A stretch of 64,000 nt of DNA from Azolla caroliniana (lineage: Eukaryota > Plantae > Polypodiophyta), in contig JBHGNT010000002.1 in NCBI GenBank assembly GCA_043228905.1, positions 1,612,001 through 1,676,000 on the forward strand. The letters are read 5' to 3'. Shown in pieces: positions 40,065-53,222 of this stretch; within the stretch, counting starts at the first letter, position 1; each line of letters begins with the position of its first letter. A program made the translations under genes and the position numbers. Under the pieces are notes generated by a model. It did not search any database and was not told the origin of the DNA. It saw only the letters and a program-made list of their open reading frames with translations.

Positions 40065-43000
40065 CACACACAGTTCACACCTATTCCGCTACTATTGTCG
40101 TTCCTATAAAGTTCTGCAATGTGAAATGACCCTTTCTTCCAAAGGATGGAATATTGCATACATCTTATTTTGATATTTAAAGATACATGGATATGAAATG
40201 TTGCGCATGTACTATGAGTCCAAGTAACAAAGGCTACAAGAAACCATTGATCTAGGTCTGAAAGGTTACATACATACTTGGTAGCCATGTAAGAAATGGT
40301 GAAGCACGGTGTCGAAGTATTCCTCGCGGATGCGTGGAATGAGGCGGGACCTCGGGGGTCTTGTCCCGAAGAGCAAGAGAGAAAGGAGAAGGAGAGAGGT
40401 CCACTAGGTGCGAGCGTAGATCCACAGGGACACGGCCCTTCGACACGAAGACGCGAGCGGGAAACCGACACAGAGAGACACGAAGGAATGTATGTGAATA
40501 TTAACAGAGACAAACAACAAAAACACAAAGTCGGTTACAACCGAACAGGTCGGCGAACAGATGCCGATGCCTGTTCGTAAACGCACAGAAAGAAAGAAGT
40601 AGGTTGGAGGTGTTGTCGGAAGCACTCGGGCATTCCTTAGAGCAGCGCGAGCCTCCCGAAACCTGCACAGAAAGAAGCTATGGAGTTTGGAAGAGAGAGA
40701 AGCCTTCGGCCCACAATCCGACAACACTTCGTCCTCTCTTATTTCGCGATCCCCTCCCCCTTCTCGTCTCCCTCCTTTTATAGGCAAGGAAGGAGTCGTT
40801 TCCCCTTTACTTCCTACCCACTAAATCTACCTACCTAGGATCTCCTTTATGTACAATATAAGGCGTACGGGCATGAAGAGCTGGTTCCTACGCTCCGGTG
40901 CACCGATTCCGCTTGTGGACAGTTTTCTTCACGACATCCGCCCCCACCTAACCGCGCATCCACCGGCATGCGCCAAATTGAGTTGGGACGGAGAAAACCG
41001 GTCCAGCCTTTATTCCCCGCTCGTCAGTTCTTCTTCGGTTTCGGATCGTTCGTCGTCCCGGTCCAGGTCAACCAGATCCGGCTCGTCGTCGTGACGCTTC
41101 TTGAACGCTTTGATCCGCTTCCCAGCTATCGGTATCGCCATTCTCGTACCGTCGAGTTCCGCCAGATGGTACGTCTTGTTGTCGTTGGTGCTTTGTACCA
41201 CGTAAGGCCCGAACCACCTTCTTGCGAACTTCCGTGTCGCTCGGTGCTGGTTGTCGAGGCTGCTGTCGTAGACTAGCACCCAGTCGCCTTCCTCGATCTT
41301 CTTCGGTCGGAGCCGGTGCGTCCGGTCGAACCGGGCTTTGTTCCTCGTCCTTGCCACCCGAAGCTTTTCCGCAGCCTGCTCCACGTCCTCCGGTCTTCGC
41401 TCGAGCTGTCGTATGCGTGCCGTCAACAGTTCCTCCCGGCTCATCTCGTCTCTCCAGTCCACGGTTGCCCAGGAGGAGATCGTACGTTCCATCGGCATGA
41501 TCGGCTTCTGCCCAAACATGAGCTCTGTCGGCATGAATCCGGTTACCGAACTGTGCGTAGTTCGGTCCGCCCACAACGCGTAAGGCAACAGCCGCGGCCA
41601 GTTCCCGACTTGACCTCCGCATGCCCGAACTAACGCCTTGACGATCGGTCCGTGTCCGCGCTCCACCTTCCCATTCGCCTCCGGATTGTATGCAGTGGTG
41701 AGCGAGAGCTTGACTCCTAGCCGGTCGAACAACTCCTCGGCCTCTTCGGCGTCCAACTCCCCGCGATCAGCCACTATCTTCCCGACGCACCTGTACCGCA
41801 TATCACGTCCTCAATCAGGAACCGACATACGGCCGCGGTCGTTTTGTTTTGAAGGGCTCGGCCTTCTACCTGGTTCGTCAGATCTTCCCGAGCCAGGACC
41901 AGGTACCGCATCTGTCCTACTCCCATCGGCATCGTCACGAGATCTACCATCCATTTGAAGTGGATGGTCAGAGGGTACGTAGGGTGAAGCTCGTCCCGAT
42001 GTCAGACTACGGAGTGCATCAGACAGCTCTCGCAAGTTGTCACGAACCGATGCACATCCCGGTACAGTCCCGGCCACCAGTACTTCCCCTTTATCTTCTC
42101 GAACGTGGCCCACGTTCCACGGTGTCCAGCCCAAGGGCTGTCGTGGTAGGCCTTCAGCAGCTCCTCCTGTTCTTCCTTCATCGCCACCACCCGGAGCGGG
42201 ACGCCGTTCCTTTTCTTCGGGTGCTTCCATAAGTATCCGTCCCGGAGAAAGAATCGGTATGCTTTCTTCCGGATCCGGCTGGTCTCGTCCCTCGTCCATG
42301 ACGCATCCGGCGTCATGGTCCTTAAGAACCCACCGATCTGTAGCCACTCGCCGTCGTACTTGCTCTCGTCGAAGCCGTTAAGCGCCGGAGTGCTCGTCCC
42401 ATCGGTCGTCACGTACGCTGCCTCGAAGAAGTCCACGCCGACTTCTTCGTCCTCCGAAACCATGCCGCCCTCGTCATCAAACCTCGCCCTCGAAAGCATG
42501 TCGACCATGGCATTGTCCTTTCCAGAAATGTGTCGTATTTCCGGGTCCAGGGACTTGATGTACGCTATCCACCTGAGCATCGCCAGGTCCGGTGTCGCGC
42601 ATCCAGAAACCATGCCGAGAATTGGCAGGCAATCCGTCTCGATAACCACTTCTGTCCCGATCAGGTAGTCTTTGTCGGCCTTTACTGCCGAGACGATACC
42701 CCAGAGTTCGCGTTTAACATGGGCGTACCCTCGTTGTCGCTCACTGAGGACCTTCGCGCCGAATCGGATCGGGAACCGAATGCCGTCCTTGTCTTCTTGG
42801 TTGACGACCCATCCGATCCCGGTCGGGCTCGTATCCACCGTTATGTATACCGGGGTACCCTTCTCGTAGATAGCCTTCCGGAGCGCCAGTGCTGCCGCAA
42901 GAGCTTCCTTCAGCTTCCGGACCGACTCCGTGTGCTCGTCTCGCCACTCGAATTTTCGTCCCTTCTTCATCAACCCGTATAGCGGCTCCACAACGTGGGC

Positions 43001-44446
43001 GTAATGCGGGATCCATATGTGGTAGAACGCGCACGCCCCCAGGAACCTCCGAACTTCCGTAACCGAGCTACAGTCGGTCTTCATCGCGGAGATGGCTCCT
43101 ACCTTTGCCAGAGACGGCTTCCGGCCATATGGTCCACATAGGTGTCCGACCACCAGGATTTCTGATTGCCCAAAGGCCGATTTCTCCCCGGAGAAGGTGA
43201 GCCTCGCATCCTCTAGCCTTTGTAGCACCTTCTCGCAGTCGTCGATGTGTGTTGCCACGAATCGCCGGCATCCGTCCGGCCCGACTGTCTCGTCCTTTTC
43301 TTCCATCGGGCACCCCTTAATCGGGATGTCGTCCAGAAATGGCATGATGATGTCCGGGATGCAATCCCTCAGTACCTTGTTCATTGCATTCACCATGTGG
43401 GCCACCGAGTTAGTCCCTCCTTGTGGTAGGGTACACATTCGCACTAGGCCGAGGGGAGTTCGCATCGTCGTAATGTCTCTGCTCTCCACGGCTAGCTGGA
43501 ACTGGTCGTACCCTGAGTACAGATCACCGACCGAGTAAATCGACCTTCCGGCGAAGGCCTCCGCGAACTCGTCTATGGTCGGTCTGATTCCTGCGTTCCG
43601 AATGGTCACTCTGTTGACCGGCTGCAGGTCTTGAATGAAGCGCAATGTTCCGTTTTTCTTCAGTATGGTAAACCATTGGTTCGAGTATGGGGCACTCGAC
43701 GGTTCAAGAATGCCCATATCTACTTTCTGCCTCAATAGCTCCATCAACTTCGGGATGTGGGCTCTCGGTACCGGAATCGGCTTGAGATTCCACGGCACAT
43801 GCGGTACCGTGAATATCACCATCGGCTCCACGATCGTCGGGTCTACACACCCCATCTCTTCCGGTGAGAATGCGAAGGCTTTCCCGTGCCTTCCGAGCAT
43901 CCTCCGAAACCGGTCTTCCTCCACCGGCAGTAGGAACCCGCCCCCACCGATTTTGAGCTCCCGGAGCGTCCCATCGGTGAAGGTGTGTCCTATGCAGGCC
44001 GGATCTCGTAAACTGGGGTCCGACGCAACCCCTCTGATCCGGGACTCGCTGCCCTCCGGTAAGGGTGCCGCGACTGGCCTTACCTTCCGATCCACAGTCT
44101 TGTACTTTGTGCTAACTCGGGCCGTCCGATCCGACCCGAGCCCCCGACTGAAGTTCGCGATGACTTCGTACATCTCTTCGGAACATACCGGTATCGTCCG
44201 GTCTTCGTTAAGGTCTTCTCCGGCTACCTTCCTCAGCATCCCCAAGGTGTCGTCGAAGGAGACCGCCTCCACGGCTCCGCTGATTTCCTCGTCTGGGCCG
44301 AGAACTCCGCACGCTCGAAGTCGCACTTCCGCCCTTGTCTTTTCTCGGCCAACGATGCCGACTATCATACACCCTCTGTTGTTGGAGAAGCAAAATTTCC
44401 TACCTATCGTACAGGGTTCCTTCGGTTTCGGTTCTATCGTACAGTC

Positions 44447-45091
44447 TGTTGGAAGACAGGTCCCTCCGGATGGGAAACGGTATGAACCGAATAGGGAGAA
44501 CCCGACTTCGGAGAGTCGGATGGTGTAGGCCCGGTATGAACCGGATGAGGAGTACCCGACTGCGGAGAGTCGGATGGTGTAGGCCCGGTATGAACCGGAT
44601 GAGGAGTACCCGACTGCGGAGAGTCGGATGGAGCCCATCGAGGCTACATTTGTAAATAGCCGAAAAGTCATATTAGTATAAATATGACTTAGGGCAAACT
44701 TTTAGTTACGGTTGTCATTCTTGTTGTTATTCTTTCTTGTTGGTGCAAGAAGAAATCAGAGCGCGTAACTGTACAGAGAGAGAGAGAGGGAAAAAGAGAG
44801 AGAGAGACGAGGTCGTTGCCTCTGTTGCAACCGCCGCCTGTGGCGAAGATCTGAGAACACGAGGTCGTTGCCTCAGTGATCTCACTGTTGTATATTTCTG
44901 CATAGTGACAGTTTGCAGCTCGTGGGCTGCCGTGGTTTTTCCCCTATTTTGGGGTTTTCCACGTATACCTCCTATGTACCATTTCTCCTCTTCTTTTCTT
45001 TTGTGTCGCGTCTCATTACCTGTTTCCTGTGTATGAAAAGAATCTCGGTTGTGGCCGAGCGTCGGACATAAGGAACGTCGAGTTCCCAGCA
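44447..45091 (+). mobile_element. Solo LTR D2 inserted antisense in Gypsy F just after the frameshift structure
   Basis: TGTTGG...CCAGCA termini; TSD CAGTC at 44442-44446 and 45092-45096. Confidence 0.92.
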
Positions 45092-45096
45092 CAGTC

Positions 45097-45162
45097 GTGG
45101 GGTCTTTTCCGAGTGTCTAGACTGTCTCGGCCCCACGCCTCGGCAGCCCTCTCTAAAAATCC
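45097..45162 (-). promoter_or_regulatory. Putative -1 frameshift signal in Gypsy F
   Basis: GAG GAT TTT TAG followed by a GGGCTGCC...GACAGTCT stem and GTGGGG/CCCCAC pairing, as in C. Confidence 0.65.
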
Positions 45163-48100
45163 TCCCGGTTCTCGCCACCGAGGGATTCGCGGTTACGCTC
45201 GTGGTTCGGTCGCACCGTCAGAAATTGGACCGAATGGCGCTCGTCCTGGCTTTTGACCCTCGCGTAGGCCGAACCGTTGTCCAGCACCTTGGTCTCCATT
45301 CGCGCCGTCGTGATGTATGGTTCCCCTAATATGACCGGGTGCGAGGACGTCTCCTGTACGAAGAAGTGTTGATCAATCTCGACGTCGCCAATCTTGACTC
45401 GCACGTTCGGGCAGGCCCCGTGCAGTTCCTCGGTGGCGCACGTCGCCGCTCGTATCTTCCACCCGTGCTTGGTGTTGATCAGCCACTTCCCCTTCTTATA
45501 GAAGTCCATGGACATCAGGTTTATTTCCGAACCGTGGTCCACCAATGCCACCACCGGTTCCTGAACATCTCCGATCTTTACCGGGGTCTCCGTGGTCGCT
45601 CGGGCCCAGTGCGGCCTTGAATAGTGGCTCTCCGCCCACTCATCTTCCAGCGCCATGTCGTCGATGTGCGTCGTCCGCACCTCCACCGGTCTTTCCGGTT
45701 CCGTCTCCGTCGACAGCCTCTTCCGTTTCACCAGGTCCACAATGGAGTCGTGGAACTCCTTCTTTGCGATCCCTAGCACCTCTCGCAATGACAGCTCCAC
45801 TTTGCTGTCGAGAATCCGTTCTTCTAGGACCTTTCGTAGGTCCGTGGTTCTTTCTATTTCCGTCCCCAGTCGGTATCCGCCCTTCCTGGGGTTATCTTGC
45901 GAGCTGGACCCACCGGCATCGTTCCGTCGTTGCCCGAATCGGGTCTCGTACCGCTGTGAGGGCCCGGCCGCTGCGGCTTTCCCCACTCGTTTGTCTTCTA
46001 CTAGAGCCTCGTAGTTCCGGCAGGCGGCTTCTACGAAGCTCGTCTTCTCCTCGACCGGGTCGCTCCACCCGGTTACTTCCCGGACCCGTCTCTCAGCGCG
46101 GTCCGCTTCATCTTTCCTCAACCGTGCACCGGCGAGGCCTTCCAGCATTGCCGACCAGAATCCGTCTTTGCTCTCCTTTCGGGCCTCGCTGCCCCCGACC
46201 CGAATGCCGGCCGACGCCGAGTAGTGGGCGGCCTCCACGTGTCGGGCCGCTGCCTCTTCCATCAGTCTCTTCATACCTCCTCGCCCATCGTTTCGGCTTA
46301 GGGCCCTTCTGGTGTCACCGGCGTGCACCCGGCCTTCCCATAGGTACACCACCCGGTTCCTCAACGCCTCTGCGAAATCGCCGCAGTCCTTCCGAATGTG
46401 GCCGACCTTGTCACACCACATGCACCTGTTCCCTGCTGCTGGTCGTCGATCACGAGCCGGTTCGCCGCCTTCCCTTCGAGTCTGGGCGATCTGGAGATCC
46501 TTTATCGCCCGCGTCAACTCCTCCAACGTTGCTCCTCCGGATGAGTGATTGACCATGCCGGTCGAAGCCGAACCGGTTTCGAGCCACTCCCGGGTTTCTT
46601 CCCTTCGCCCTTGCGGTGCCGGTTCAAGCCTCCTTGCTATGACAGAGCCCGCATCGGCCGCCCCGTTGTCAGCCCATTCCCGCCGTTTGTCGAAGCGGCC
46701 ACTGACTCTCTTAACCGCAGCCCAGTCGGTCGTCATCCCGTCTTCGGTTTCTAGCAAGGAGCCGACTTGATCCTGGTCCCGCTCGTCCACCGACTTGACG
46801 AACAGTAGGACCCGGCTCGTATCCAGAACGATTCGGTCAAGCGCCGAAAGGCGCGCAAAGCGTTCTTCGAACTCCCAGAGGAGTGTTGATGCGTTTCTTC
46901 CCTTGCCGGGGGACTCCACCCATTCCATGAAGTCTCGTTTCGAAAGCCAGAGCGCGTCGTCCAGCCTGTATTTTTCTAGGAGTCGGCCTTCGAACTCCTC
47001 CCAGGTACGGCTCTCCGCCCGCACCTCGAGCACCTCCGCATGGATGCTCGGCATCGCCACTCGAGGAAACCCGGCAAGACGCCTCTCTTCCGGAATGTCC
47101 CGCATCAGCATTTCTGCCCCGTAGGACGCCAAATACTTCGTGGCATCCTTTCCGCTGAACCGGCCGATCGTACCGACGACCGCCTCAATGGCTCTGTCGA
47201 GGGCGTTGGTGCCCTCGCGTGCACTCAATATCCAATCCACGGCCGAAGCCATGGCCTCTGCAAGATCCGACCCCTTCATCTTCTGCTCTTCTGCCGCCTC
47301 CTTCACGTCGGGTTCACCAAGATGTCGAGGTATTCCTCGCGGATGCGTGGAATGAGGCGGGACCTCGGGGGTCTTGTCCCGAAGAGCAAGAGAGAAAGGA
47401 GAAGGAGAGAGGTCCACTAGGTGCGAGCGTAGATCCACAGGGACACGGCCCTTCGACACGAAGACGCGAGCAGGAAACCAACACAGAGAGACACGAAGGA
47501 ATGTATGTGAATATTAACAAAGACAAACAACAAAAACACGAAGTCGGTTACAACCGAACAGGCCGGCGAACAGATGCCGATGCCTGTTCGTAAACGCACA
47601 GAAAGAAAGAAGTAGGTTGGAGGTGCTGTCGGAAGCACTCGGGCATTCCTCAGAGCAGCGCGAGCCTCCCGAAACCTGCACAGAAAGAAGCTATGGAGTT
47701 TGGAAGAGAGAGAAGCCTTCGGCCCACAATCCGACAGCACTTCGTCCTCTCTTATTTCGCGATCCCCTCCCCCTTCTCGTCTCCCTCCTTTTATAGGCAA
47801 GGAAGGAGCCGTTTCCCCTTTACTTCCTACCCACTAAATCTACCTACCTAGGATCTCCTTTATGTACAATATAAGGCGTACGGGCATGAAGAGCTGGTTC
47901 CTACGCTCCGGTGCACCGATTCCGCTTGTGGACAGTTTTCTTCACGACAACGGGTGAGGTACAAGATTATGAAAAAGAAAAGGTTAAGTTTGCATTATAT
48001 ACAAGAGATTAATATGTTGAGTAAGTGTCACCATGTATGACTATTAATTTAGTCCAAAATGGATGAAGGTATTTTGCATGATTAATGGTCGTATACATTG

Positions 48101-50253
48101 GAGGTATAAACCACCGCTCTAGGTATTTCCTCCATTGACATGAGGCATGTGTCCATGTATAACTATTATTACTAATTCTTTGGGACATATGTATGTCTAT
48201 AGTAGTCCAAGGGCAGTTGAAAGGGTAAAAATCTATGCTGAAAGTTCATGTAAATCATTTTAAACATAATATAAACCATTGTTGGGAAAAAGAAAAGAAA
48301 AGGTGAAGCACAAATGAATAGCCACCTCTTAAGAAAGTGAAGTACAAAATCATGGACAATATATAATGCACATGAAAATGGAAGAAAGGATTACACCAAA
48401 TTTGAAAGAAAGTTTGGTATTGTAATGGCCATCAACCCTTAATATGCACAACGACTAACTAGATTCTCCAACTTTTACATGTAATTACAAATAGAAATGT
48501 TCCTCATCTTAACATTATTCTGCATTGTTCCGTCATTAGATCATTGACAATACATATATAATATTATGACATGTCACCACCTCATACATGCTAATTCATG
48601 ATCACCAAGTGTCATGCTTGATGGAAGTATATTACCACCTAGTTACAACACAAGTATGATGAATCCTTTCTCAAACCAAAAAAAACAGCTACCACATTCT
48701 ACTTAAAACCCAATAGCTCTCTGGAACGTGCGACTTAATCTTTACAATTTTGTATACTAAATGTAGTCTTCACAAGGTTTCAAACAAGATATTAATAACT
48801 AAATTTGGTGTCAAATTCCTTGCACAAAACAGACTAAAAACCTATCCAAACTGGCAACTCACATCTATCTATTATGTTTCAAACACATCACTTATTAGTA
48901 TTCAAAAAACTAGAACAAAAGGATTTCAAGCTTAGTATACTCGAGAATAATGAATACTTTCTTAAACTCAAATATACTCAAGAGAAGACTTACAAGAAAA
49001 GAACCAAGATGAGCTATATTAAGCTAAGTGGGTGTGTTTAAACCTAGATTATGCACTCTCAATGAGAGACTACAAAATACCCAAAGCTAAGAGTGAATAC
49101 CTACCTCTCTCCAATGCTTTTCTTATACAATGTTCCCACAAAAGTTTGTGTGGAATAAATTTGCTTCCAAATTCCCCTACTTTTCTTAAATACATACTCT
49201 AAACACCAGGTCATTTGAAAGAGGTAATATGTCACAATTTAAGAACTCTCTGTCCAAAAAAGGCACAAAGTAGGTCATTTCACAAAAAAGACTATTGCAT
49301 GCGTAAAGGTTTTTGAAAATTGAATCAAAATATATTGATTTATACCATGCCCAAAAATTTAGGGCTTTCAAAAAAATGGCTAAATAATCGATATGTGAAA
49401 TTTACAAGAGAACATACAAAAATTACAAAATGACTAACTTCTATATTTATACATATTCATGAATCGCCATCTTGATGTAACATACAATATTTACATTTCA
49501 TATATGAGAACCATCACTTCCCAAAGATATGTCTTCCCCTTCAGACCCATCCGATGAACTAGAAGAGCTTTGTGAGGACTCATCCTCATCATCACTAGCA
49601 ACCAATGCATTGTATTCATCCAATTGCAATCCAACGTCACCGTGATTATGAGACATACTCCTTGTTCGTCTCTGTGTTGCGTCAAGAGGCACATCTGGGA
49701 TCTTCTCTTTTATTATCTTGATTGTACTCTGTCTTAGATGGCCTGTTTTGGTCAAGGAGAAGTCATACACTAGTATGTCGACATTATCAAGTGTTAGAGT
49801 AGGCGTGCTAGGTAGATTCTTTCTTCTCCGCTTTCTACTTGTGCCTCCGACATCCCTAACCATCTCTAAAGAGTACTTCCCAGAAAATGCATCTAGAGAA
49901 GAGGTATGATACCAATGAACCACAATGGATTGAACTTGATTGCCTTAATCATCCTTAATATTTCAGTGATTTTAGCAATCCAAAAGGGATGACCCAACTT
50001 ATCACCCCCAACTAATGTTGCAACCAACATACTAACTTGTAGCTCATGTAGATTGTCTTGCCACCTCGCCTCTACAACATGCAATGTTCTTGGTCCCATG
50101 TAAATATCTCTTTGTCATGGACGAACTAGATTATTCAATTCAGGATTATCTAGTGGTTGTGAACGAGTCGTGCTCGTCATTGATGGGCCACCAATATTCC
50201 ATTTGAATTGATTTTGTAGTGGCCAGTAACCCGCGAAGTGGTTACCTAATATC

Positions 50254-50545
50254 TGTTAGGAGACAGGTCCCTCCGAATAGGAAGTGAGAAGAACAATGTT
50301 GATGGGAAATCGGATGATAAGTACCCGGCAAGACCCGAATGGTGAAGACCCGGTGTGAACCGGATGAGGAGTACCCGGCAAGCGCCGGATGATGCAAGCC
50401 CGGTGAGGAGTGCTCACCGGATGAAGGGACATATTCGTAAATATGTTTCTGAAAAGTCATTTTAGTATAAATATGACTTAGGGCAAACTTAGTAGAGTGG
50501 CCGTTGTCATTCTTGTTGGCGCTAGATTAGAGCACAACAGTGTAC

Positions 50546-50576
<31 letters not shown>

Positions 50577-50850
50577 AAGAGTTCGTATCTCTGTTGTAAC
50601 CGCCGCCTGTGGCGAAGACAATGAATAAGAGGTCGTTGCCTTTGTGTTCATCTATATGTATATTGTTACATAGTGATAGTTAGCAGTCAGTGGACTGCCG
50701 TGGTTTTTTCCCCATGTTTGGGGTTTTCCACGTAAACATCCTGTGTACTCTTCTCTCCATTGTGTCGTGCATTCATTCCTGTTTTCTGTATTTGATTCTA
50801 AGCTCGGTTGTGGCCGAGCGTTGTTCATCGGGAACGTGTAGTTCTTGACA
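50254..50850 (+). mobile_element. Solo LTR (Copia E-related) inside the transposase
   Basis: TGTTAGG...TTGACA termini; TSD ATATC on both sides; shares blocks with the E LTR. Confidence 0.92.
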
Positions 50851-52036
50851 ATATCGTAGGTTGAGGATTAAAGAAGCTACCCCACCATTCCACATCCTGA
50901 TCACCACCGTACTTTTTGGTACGCTCAATATTTTTGCGTTTTCCTTCAAGGCACCGCATCCAATATATCGTTTGCTCTTCAATCGAACTACTAGTAGCCA
51001 ATCTTTTATGGTCATCATTGGGCATTTGTTCTACACCATAGATTATTGCATCTGGAAAATGCAATAAGAGCGTACATCCGTCTCAATGTGGCTCCCATTG
51101 CAAACTAGATGAGTATTGTTTGGCATACAACATCGTCTGGTTGTGATGGACCGAACTTTTTTGGATGAGGAAGATGTGGTTAAAACTGATATTATTAAGC
51201 GGAGCAAGAACCCTACAGCGAGTCCCATCACCATCCACACAGAAGCGTTTAAATTCATAAACTTCATCTAAATGTTGTACATCCGGCTTTGGGGTATAAA
51301 CTTCAATGATCAACTTTGACCGCATAGGAAGTGTGAAAGCATCGCATCTCATTAATTTCTTGGAGAACCTACTAAACATTTGATCATGTGTGTGACCAAC
51401 TAGTAAGAAGTTGACTTTAATCTTTTTGAATATACCTCTATCTATGAACATGCTTAAATAACCAAACATGGCCGAGTTTTTGTTTTCTCTTGCCGTGTTG
51501 TCTAGTTGCACGTATAATACCAGGGGGAGAATACCTTGCCAAGTCTGTAAAACTCTCTACATGACTGTTACTGTAAGATTAGGGTCATTGTGGATATTTG
51601 GATTAGTTAGGAACACTTGAGGCCTTATTGTTTGACAATACAGAAGACAACCTACTAAGTGCATTTGCACTAGACATTCATCTCCAATATCCTTGGGCAA
51701 CCTTTGAAAGTGTGGCAAACAAGTTTTCTTCTGATCCATGCAATCTATAATCAAGCACATGTACCTTTCCCGGTGATTGAAGCGCTTTATGACGATGGTG
51801 TATAGCTTTAGATCTTTCCAACGCATCTTCTCGATGATCTTTTAATAAATTCTTATAATTCTTTATTTCTTCATCCGTTGTCCCACTCTTTGCCATGCTT
51901 TTTAAACGTGCACGTATAGAACAAACACCCATTCGGACCTTACGGGGTATGATCACATTGTTAATCTTGAATCTCCATAATCGATTAAAATGTCGATATT
52001 GTATGTAAGGTACACTTTCTAATAACATCCCATCCT

Positions 52037-52220
52037 CATGAATCAAAAATGTTTTTAGGTCCCTTTCTCCTCATGAATGGATGGATGAATTTATGGTTGG
52101 CATTAGCTTTGTTTTGGTGGTGTTGTTCTTCTCACCGAAACAGCCATCAATTTTTGTATTGCTTATGATTTTATAATACCAGGGTGTATCTTTTGATTAG
52201 AAAAAAATAAAAAAATAAAA
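52037..52220 (+). mobile_element. Short A-tailed retroposed insertion (SINE or LINE tail) in the transposase
   Basis: 13-bp near-duplicate aacat(c/g)ccatcct at 52024 and 52221 with an A-rich tail before the second copy; the transposase peptide DGM is duplicated across it. Confidence 0.65.
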
Positions 52221-53222
52221 AACATGCCATCCTTATACGCTTGGTACATCTCACGACGAGTGAAGTTATCTAACAAATGTAATTCTCCAGTGGTGGGCAT
52301 AAAATCACATTGTTTCGAGAAATATATCTCCATCCATCTAACGGCATGCCGCAGACCCTTACATCCAGATGCTTTATTATTGAAAGGTACCCACGAGCCC
52401 TTTACTAATCGATGTTGAATTCTCTGGAACCTCATGTTACCAATGCTATAAGCAATCTAGAAAGCAACTCGACAACTCTTCATACTAAGCGAAAGGTAAT
52501 ATTCCGCATGCATTGAAGTTGACGTTGTCGTATGGTCCTTAACAAGTTGCATATGTGAAATCAAAAAAGTATCTTGTTCGTCGCCATTAAGTGACAAATA
52601 CCTATGCCGCAACCCCCTCAAGTTTGCCTTTCCAATTTTCGGAAGACATAGATTCCCACAACATGGCTTGCTTGTATAAAATGAAATTTGACAATCTGAA
52701 TGCAAAAAATTGTATCTTTCAACACTCACTTGTCGAGGAACTCTTCAAAATTTGAGAGGCTTATTGACACAATCCTCATCAACATTAGATAAATTAGACT
52801 CTTCATTATTTGTAACCACTTTATTTTGTAGTCTACCTAAGCTAAAAGGCTCGATCGAAAAAGTGAATTCGAACTTTTCCCAACATTATCGTTGGCACCA
52901 TTTCATATTTACATGGTTATATTCCTCAGTAGAGAATAATGAGTTATTAGATTATTTAAAAGGCTGAATGGAAAATAGAGAATTTTTACTCGATGTTGAG
53001 GACATCTTGACTAAGGCTAACTACGATCAACTAAGTCGAAAATAATTCAAAATTTTCTTCTATAATAAGTCACATTTAAAAATAATTTTAAAAATAAATA
53101 AATTATATAAGGTAAAGTCATTTTCTCATTGTCACTATCGCGTTCAAGAAGCACAAGAGTATAGAGCAATCACAAACTCTCCGTTTTCGCTTACCCAGTC
53201 ACCTCGACTCAACCTCAACACC

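Larger units (their letters stand above)
18841..40092 (+). mobile_element. Copia element A: 5' LTR 18841-19030 plus 29708-29911, PBS 29912-29923, gag-pol 30074-39462 (interrupted by E), 3' LTR 39705-40092 (3'-truncated)
   Basis: LTRs start TGTTGAGAATCAAGC at 18841 and 39705. PBS tggtatcacagc (tRNA-iMet). Gag EKLDRNNFASWEYKM, protease WFVDSGASNHMT, LWHKRIGH, RNaseH HARTKHIEVHYHF. PPT ttgagggggcg. Confidence 0.93.
40310..47949 (-). mobile_element. Ty3/Gypsy element F (sister of C): 5' LTR 47323-47949, PBS 47303-47319, gag-pro ~47279-45153, pol ~45162-41010, 3' LTR 40310-40936
   Basis: TSD ACGG; 627-bp LTRs with about 10 transitions counted by eye; tRNA-Trp PBS; same domain motifs as C; gag-pro is open. 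Confidence 0.95.
49498..53005 (-). pseudogene. DDE transposase pseudogene, Sola-like
   Basis: Fragments in order: PCCGNLCL, YFSKQCDFMP, MGVCSI, IIDCMDQKKT, QLDNTARENKN...FLLVGHTHDQMFSRFS, FWIAKI...VHWY. DN-x-ENKN and GHT are typical of this RNase H-fold group. Contains stops, frameshifts and insertions. Confidence 0.7.

Noticed and set aside
42002-44671. 889-aa ORF with a repetitive N-terminus (also 21955-22905)
   Set aside because: Chance in-frame fusion of solo-LTR tandem repeats to the host pol or protease
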